Below the pieces are notes generated by a model. The model made no database searches. It saw nothing but the letters and a program-made list of their open reading frames with translations, and was not told the origin of the DNA. 55,585 bases of DNA from an uncultured Planctomycetales bacterium (lineage in GTDB: Bacteria; Omnitrophota; Gorgyraeia; Aquiviventales; Aquiviventaceae): contig CAYJRJ010000003.1 in the NCBI GenBank assembly GCA_964372775.1, positions 1 through 55,585 of the forward strand, in the 5' to 3' direction. The position numbers and the translations under genes are program-made. This document shows positions 52,167 through 55,585 of this stretch, in pieces; the first letter of the stretch is position 1, and every line of letters begins with the position of its first letter.

Positions 52167-52238
52167 CGCCGCCGGCGCGGGAGTGGTGGAAGCCGTCAGC
52201 GGTGTCTTGGCTTCGCCTTCAAGCCTCCGGGCGAGCGC

Positions 52239-52267
52239 TTGACGCGCAGAGTCCTCTACGGTATCCT
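52239..52267 (+). promoter_or_regulatory. Cassette 1 promoter TTGACG-17-TATCCT
   Basis: Counted directly. AGGAGG at 52275-52280 follows. Confidence 0.5.
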
Positions 52268-52292
52268 TGACCACAGGAGGTTGTGTGCCACC

Positions 52293-52556
52293 GTGCGACG
52301 TGTTCAGATCTGGTGGGATGACGAGACGGCGGAGCACCTTGCCAGGCACGGGGTGGCGCCAGAAGAAGCGGAAGAGATCTGCCGGGTGCGCCCCTACATC
52401 TTGCGTACGCGGCGGGGCCGTTACCTGGTCCTTGGATACACTGGAGCGGGGCGATATCTGACTGTCATCTTGGAGCCAGTGGGAGGCGGCCGGATGAAAA
52501 TCATTACGGCGCGAGCGATGACGCCGCCTGAACGCCGACGGTATCTGGAGCGTTAA
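52293..52556 (+). CDS. brnT: BrnT-like (DUF497) type II toxin
   Basis: VRRVQIWWDDETAEHLARHGVAPEEAEEI...GRYLVLGYTGAGRYLTVIL...KIITARAMTPPERRRY. Taken with a GTG start; an in-frame TTG at 52281 is an alternative. The ORF track frame is 52131..52556. Confidence 0.7.
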   Translation: MRRVQIWWDDETAEHLARHGVAPEEAEEICRVRPYILRTRRGRYLVLGYTGAGRYLTVILEPVGGGRMKIITARAMTPPERRRYLER

Positions 52557-52559
52557 CCC

Positions 52560-52793
52560 ATGAAAAGTCATATTCCAACGTTCAAATCCTTGGACGAGGA
52601 GCGCCGATTTTGGCAGACGCACGACGTCACGGAATTCTGGTCTGAACTGACCCCGGTGACTCTGAAGTTTGGAACGTCCAAGCGTGCGCGGTCGATTCAG
52701 TTGACCGTCGTTGAGTTGCGCGCCCTCCAAAGCCTCTTGAGGAAGCTTGTGACCGCTGAACGACCGCCTGCCGAATCCCACCGGAAACTGTAA
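52560..52793 (+). CDS. brnA: BrnA-like antitoxin
   Basis: MKSHIPTFKSLDEERRFWQTHDVTEFW.... It starts 3 nt after the brnT stop, in the toxin-first order typical of brnTA. Confidence 0.7.
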   Translation: MKSHIPTFKSLDEERRFWQTHDVTEFWSELTPVTLKFGTSKRARSIQLTVVELRALQSLLRKLVTAERPPAESHRKL

Positions 52794-52799
52794 TCCGAA

Positions 52800-53060
52800 C
52801 TGCCGCACCTCCCGCCAGATCGCGCGCCAGTCGGTCGAGCCATCCGGCGTGAGCCACTGCCGCCCGAAGAGCCGGCCGATCCCCGCAATGAGGTGGAGGC
52901 CGCTGTGGGCGAACTTCGTGTCGTCATCCGCCCATATTTTTTCCAATGTCCCGCGCAGCCAGGTCCACGCCTGCCGCGCCCAGGCGAGCAACTGCGGCAC
53001 TGATGGCACGCCGCCGTAGACGTCGCCAGTCGGAGCAGCCGACCCCGGCGTTGGCTGGTC
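52800..53060 (-). repeat. Conserved 5' coding fragment, copy C (261 bp)
   Basis: 259/261 identical to copy B. Encodes ...QPTPGSAAPTGDVYGGVPSVPQLLAWARQAWTWLRGTLEKIWADDDTKFAHSGLHLIAGIGRLFGRQWLTPDGSTDWRAIWREVRQ. Confidence 0.95.
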
Positions 53061-53079
53061 CGCCGTCGGCGCGGCGCTG

Positions 53080-53109
53080 TTGACACGAGTCGTCGACGTG
53101 GCGTATACT
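53080..53109 (+). promoter_or_regulatory. Cassette 2 promoter TTGACA-18-TATACT (CGTCGACG palindrome in the spacer)
   Basis: Counted directly. The predicted TSS is only a few nt before ATG 53120, so the mRNA is leaderless or nearly so. Confidence 0.5.
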
Positions 53110-53119
53110 TTTGGACGTG

Positions 53120-53374
53120 ATGATTGCGCGAACGAGATTGTTTCCGAAACTTCTCCAACGCGACTACGACTGGGCGTTTTCCCGCTATCCACAGCTCGCG
53201 AGACGCTACCCGAACCAGTGGGTCGCGTTCGCGAATCGCCGAGTCCTGGCTGCGGGACCCCGTCTCTCTCGCGTGCTGGCCAAAGCTCACGAGGAAGTTG
53301 ATTGGCCGCATATCCCCCACCTGTTTGTCGAGTCGGGAATCCACGTGTATCCGGTGAATGCGCATCGCGCTTGA
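53120..53374 (+). CDS. DUF5678-like small protein
   Basis: MIARTRLFPKLLQRDYDWAFSRYPQLARRYPNQWVAFANRRVLAAGPRLSRVLAKAHEE.... The ORF track frame starts at TTG 53111. Confidence 0.6.
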   Translation: MIARTRLFPKLLQRDYDWAFSRYPQLARRYPNQWVAFANRRVLAAGPRLSRVLAKAHEEVDWPHIPHLFVESGIHVYPVNAHRA

Positions 53375-53798
53375 AATCGATCGCGTCCCGGATCCCCAAC
53401 GATTGCGTGCTCGTCGACGAACCTTCCTCTACCGGCTCTGGGCGCGCATCCGATTTCGCCAGCCTCATGGATGGAGTGATTACCACCTGGCGATCCTCGA
53501 TACGGGTGCCCCCTACTCGGTGGTCCCCCTCTCGTTGTGGCCGAGTCTGGATCGTCAGGAATTTGACACGCTGCCTCTGCGTGGGCTGGTGCCTGGCGCG
53601 AGCGTGCAACTCGACGCGACGCTGGCCAGGCTCTCCGCTCAACTGCTGGATGCCGCGCACACCTCTCCTCGCCTGCCGCTCTGGGCCATGCTGGTCCACA
53701 CGGACAGCGTGCCGTTGATCCTTGGCTGGGCTGGCTGTCTGGACCGAGCCAAGCTGACCCTCGACGGACCCCGTCATCGATCCTGGCTTGAGTTCTGA
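53358..53798 (+). CDS. Retropepsin-like (clan AA) aspartic protease
   Basis: HLAILDTGAPYSVVP (DTGA signature)...PLILGWAGCLD. It overlaps the upstream gene by 17 nt. Confidence 0.65.
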   Translation: MRIALEIDRVPDPQRLRARRRTFLYRLWARIRFRQPHGWSDYHLAILDTGAPYSVVPLSLWPSLDRQEFDTLPLRGLVPGASVQLDATLARLSAQLLDAAHTSPRLPLWAMLVHTDSVPLILGWAGCLDRAKLTLDGPRHRSWLEF

Positions 53799-53816
53799 GG
53801 CCCGCACCCCTAACGC

Positions 53817-54077
53817 CTGCCGCACCTCCCGCCAGATCGCGCGCCAGTCGGTCGAGCCATCCGGCGTGAGCCACTGCCGCCCGAAGAGCCGGCCGATCCC
53901 CGCAATGAGGTGGAGGCCGCTGTGGGCGAACTTCGTGTCGTCATCCGCCCATATTTTTTCCAATGTCCCGCGCAGCCAGGTCCACGCCTGCCGCGCCCAG
54001 GCGAGCAACTGCGGCACTGATGGCACGCCGCCGTAGACGTCGCCAGTCGGAGCAGCCGATCCCGACGTTGGCTGGTC
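53817..54077 (-). repeat. Conserved 5' coding fragment, copy B (261 bp)
   Basis: Exactly 1017 bp (339 codons) from copy C. Confidence 0.95.
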
Positions 54078-54102
54078 GGGTATCGCGTCCTCCTGGGGTG
54101 GC

Positions 54103-54131
54103 TTGACACTCCCCTCGACGGATGCTACACT
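54103..54131 (+). promoter_or_regulatory. Cassette 3 promoter TTGACA-17-TACACT
   Basis: Counted directly. GAGGGAGG at 54147-54154 precedes ATG 54161. Confidence 0.5.
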
Positions 54132-54160
54132 TCCCGCTGTGGGAACGAGGGAGGAACTCA

Positions 54161-54409
54161 ATGGACGATCTCCTCGAGAAGTACGTAAGCGTTGATCCGC
54201 AAATCCACCATGGGAAGCCGTGCTTTCGAGAGACCCGGATTCCGGTGTATCTCGTCCTTGAGCTGCTTGAGGGCGGCGTTCCCCCGGAAGCAATCGTCGG
54301 AAAAGATTACTATCCTGAATTAAGCCTCGATCATGTGCGGGCAGCGCTTCATTTTGCCGCCCAATACGCGAAGAATCAGGAGTATATATCCTTCGAGCGA
54401 CCTGCTTGA
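54161..54409 (+). CDS. DUF433 antitoxin-like protein
   Basis: MDDLLEKYVSVDPQIHHGKPCFRETRIPVYLVLELLEGGVPPEAIV...YPELSLDHVRAALHFA. The ORF track frame starts at 54122. Confidence 0.75.
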   Translation: MDDLLEKYVSVDPQIHHGKPCFRETRIPVYLVLELLEGGVPPEAIVGKDYYPELSLDHVRAALHFAAQYAKNQEYISFERPA

Positions 54410-54417
54410 AGGCGCCG

Positions 54418-54756
54418 ATGAGGTTTCTTGCCGACGAAGATGTTCCTTGTAAGCTCCTCGTCGCGCTGCGAGCTGCCGGCCACGATGCGGTGAGAGTTGA
54501 CCAAGCCGGCTCCGACCAAGCAATCGCCCACCGCGCCAAAGCAGAACGAAGGATTATCGTCACCCTGGATAAGGATTTCACCAACAGGGCGCTGTACCCA
54601 CCCAGTGAGTTCACCATTATCCATATACGAATCCACCCCCCGTACGCCAGGGACCTCATCGAAGCCTTCATGCGACTCTTAGATGTGTTGCCCTCGGAGA
54701 AATTCCACGGGCTGATTGTCCTCCAAAAACTTGGCTCGATCCAAGTTTCGGAATAG
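54418..54756 (+). CDS. DUF5615 (PIN-like) toxin-like protein
   Basis: MRFLADEDVPCKLLVALRAAGHDAVRV...IIVTLDKDF.... It is visibly lower in GC than its surroundings. Confidence 0.75.
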   Translation: MRFLADEDVPCKLLVALRAAGHDAVRVDQAGSDQAIAHRAKAERRIIVTLDKDFTNRALYPPSEFTIIHIRIHPPYARDLIEAFMRLLDVLPSEKFHGLIVLQKLGSIQVSE

Positions 54757-54830
54757 GCCCACGCGCGCCGCAGCCCATCCCACAGCTGTTCGGTCGACGA
54801 CCCGCCGCCGTAGGCGTGGCCAGTCGGAGC
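54757..54830 (-). repeat. Conserved 5' coding fragment, truncated diverged copy A' (upstream part only)
   Basis: Encodes APTGHAYGGGSSTEQLWDGLRRAW, versus APTGDVYGGVPSVPQLLAWARQAW in copies B and C. It shares gccgccgtagRcgtSgccagtcggagc. Confidence 0.7.
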
Positions 54831-54840
54831 GGGGGGTGTC

Positions 54841-54869
54841 TTGACAGCGTCGAGGACCCGTGTTACGCT
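54841..54869 (+). promoter_or_regulatory. Cassette 4 promoter TTGACA-17-TACGCT
   Basis: Counted directly. The predicted TSS coincides with GTG 54876 / ATG 54879, so the mRNA is leaderless. Confidence 0.5.
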
Positions 54870-54875
54870 TGAGCC

Positions 54876-55163
54876 GTGATGAGACGAGCGAACGGCCGCG
54901 TCAAGAATGGCACTCTGCGTGGGCGCATCTCGACCAACCCCAAGATCTGCGGGGGACGGCCCTGCATCCGCGGGCACCGCATCCCCGTAGAAGTCGTGCT
55001 CGACTTCCTGGCCTCGGGCGTGGCTCCCGAGGAGCTCTGTGGTCCCCGCTATTTCCCCACCATCACGCGCAAGGACGTGCTGGCCTGTCTTGCCTACGCG
55101 GCCCAGCGCGTCCACCGCGAAGTCGTCCTCAGGACGGAGGGACCCTCGGCCGCCAGGCGCTGA
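54876..55163 (+). CDS. DUF433 antitoxin-like protein (second copy)
   Basis: ISTNPKICGGRPCIRGHRIPVEVVLDFLASGVAPEEL...ITRKDVLACLAYA. Confidence 0.75.
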   Translation: MMRRANGRVKNGTLRGRISTNPKICGGRPCIRGHRIPVEVVLDFLASGVAPEELCGPRYFPTITRKDVLACLAYAAQRVHREVVLRTEGPSAARR

Positions 55164-55526
55164 ATGCGCTTTCTGGCGGACGAGTCGCTCACCGGTCAAA
55201 CTCCGACGTTCCTGCGCGCGCTCGGGCACGACGTCCTGACGCTCCACGCGCTCGGGCGCGTGGGCGCCACCAACGGCGAGGTTCTCGCGTTGGCCCGTGC
55301 GAACCAGGCGATCCTCATCGCCGAGGATCGAGGATTTCTCAGTCTCCCCACCTACCCGCTGGGTACTCACATCGGCATCATTGTGCTCAAGATCCGAGGT
55401 GCTGGTGAGATCGACCCGGTCCACCGCCATCTTGCCCGCGCCTTGGTCCGTTGGTCGGCCGCCGATCTGCGTGGCAACCTGTTGATCATCGACCGCCGGA
55501 AGGCCCGTCTGCGCCGAGGCGCCTAG
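55164..55526 (+). CDS. DUF5615 (PIN-like) toxin-like protein (second copy)
   Basis: MRFLADESLTGQTPTFLRALGHDVLTL...ILIAEDRGF.... Its ATG overlaps the TGA of the upstream gene (TGAATG). Confidence 0.75.
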   Translation: MRFLADESLTGQTPTFLRALGHDVLTLHALGRVGATNGEVLALARANQAILIAEDRGFLSLPTYPLGTHIGIIVLKIRGAGEIDPVHRHLARALVRWSAADLRGNLLIIDRRKARLRRGA

Positions 55527-55530
55527 CCTT

Positions 55531-55585
55531 CGCACATCCCCCCAGATCGCACGCCAGTCGGTGGAACCGTCGCGCGTGAGCCACT
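55531..55585 (-). repeat. Conserved 5' coding fragment, copy A (runs off the right edge)
   Basis: Encodes ...WLTRDGSTDWRAIWGDVR. Compared with copy B, 5 codons differ in 44 nt, 4 of them synonymous. Confidence 0.85.

Larger units (their letters stand above)
52167..55585 (-). other. Upstream continuation of the giant reading frame across the cassette array (open to the window edge); coding status unresolved
   Basis: It has no stop in the giant frame. Apart from the conserved fragments, however, the translation is antisense to well-supported plus-strand genes and looks like shadow sequence. Confidence 0.4.

Noticed and set aside
19326-52166. NRPS/PKS megasynthase or repeat-rich giant adhesin
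   Set aside because: I saw no iterated C-A-T or KS-AT-ACP motif sets and no Ig/cadherin/RTX-type tandem repeats. Apart from one kinase-like duplication, the modules are all different.
52800-54077. Integron cassette array, with the repeats acting as attC sites
   Set aside because: Promoter-bearing TA cassettes in one orientation do resemble chromosomal integrons. However, the 261-bp repeat shows no attC-like imperfect inverted core sites that I can see, it encodes a conserved peptide, and no intI/attI is present in the window. The idea is not fully excluded, because the array continues beyond the right edge.
52053-54077. Diversity-generating retroelement (TR/VR pair)
   Set aside because: Differences between repeat copies are not adenine-specific; they are mostly third-codon-position changes of all types. 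No reverse transcriptase gene is present.
55533-55535. GTG 55535 (the start of the ORF-track entry) as the true start codon of the giant gene
   Set aside because: It is simply the first start-type codon in a frame that is already open at the window edge. It lies within copy A of the conserved fragment and antisense to the end of a DUF5615 gene, with no RBS.
52053-55585. CRISPR array as an explanation for the regularly spaced repeats
   Set aside because: The repeats are 114-261 bp, protein-coding in character (with a synonymous-site divergence pattern) and not palindromic. The spacers are 0.7-1.4 kb gene cassettes, and there are no cas genes in the window.
19326-55585. Rhs/CdiA-type polymorphic toxin locus with orphan modules
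   Set aside because: There are no YD/RHS, FHA or pre-toxin motifs. The repeated fragments are at the 5' end rather than the 3' end of the large gene, and the intervening genes are classical type II TA-like pairs on the opposite strand rather than immunity genes downstream of toxin tips. Only the displacement logic is analogous.
52053-55585. Invertible (shufflon-like) switching of alternative 5' ends
   Set aside because: All fragment copies are direct rather than inverted repeats, so recombination would delete or duplicate cassettes rather than invert them. No invertase gene is present.
1-55585. Transposase, integrase, phage or plasmid genes that could account for cassette mobility; tRNA or rRNA genes
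   Set aside because: None was recognised on either strand. The cassettes carry only their two small genes. Mobility, if any, must rely on host recombination or on functions encoded outside the window.

Overview
GC-rich (by eye about two-thirds G+C) bacterial chromosomal segment. Every large gene is on the minus strand.

- 1-7.4 kb: a beta-glucan/oligosaccharide uptake and phosphorolysis locus. It holds an ABC permease fragment, a DUF3131/GH144-like glucanase, a CBM-like secreted protein, a GH94 phosphorylase and a lipoprotein solute-binding protein.
- 7.4-8.3 kb: two tandem PilZ-domain genes.
- 9.0-19.2 kb: a tightly packed operon behind a canonical sigma70-type promoter. It encodes three large proteins that each begin with a signal-peptide/anchor-like segment. 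Two of them embed gluconeogenic enzyme folds in much larger polypeptides: one GTP-PEPCK-like, one class V FBP aldolase/phosphatase-like.
- 19.3-52.2 kb: one stop-free minus-strand frame (12,069 codons in the ORF track, and still open at the right window edge). This is a giant mosaic gene that strings together many unrelated modules. They are HD, GNAT, GlnD-like NTase+ACT, 6-phosphogluconolactonase-like, three alpha/beta-hydrolase-like, two kinase-like, GHKL ATPase, SAM-MTase remnant, PLP fold-type II, GT4/TreT-like, beta-grasp, HExxH, many HTH, and a C-terminal EamA-like membrane domain. Several modules carry substitutions at canonical catalytic positions.
- 52.05 kb to the right edge: the most unusual part. 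Four plus-strand two-gene addiction-type cassettes each have their own TTGACA-17/18-TAnnnT promoter: BrnT/BrnA, DUF5678+retropepsin-like protease, and two DUF433+DUF5615. They alternate with in-phase direct copies of the giant gene's 5' coding fragment. The giant frame stays open across all of them.
- 41 kb: a fifth cassette (small ORF + PIN toxin) is embedded antisense, again without closing the frame.

No rRNA, tRNA, CRISPR array, transposase or integrase was recognised. All domain calls are by-eye motif recognition and need HMM/structure confirmation.
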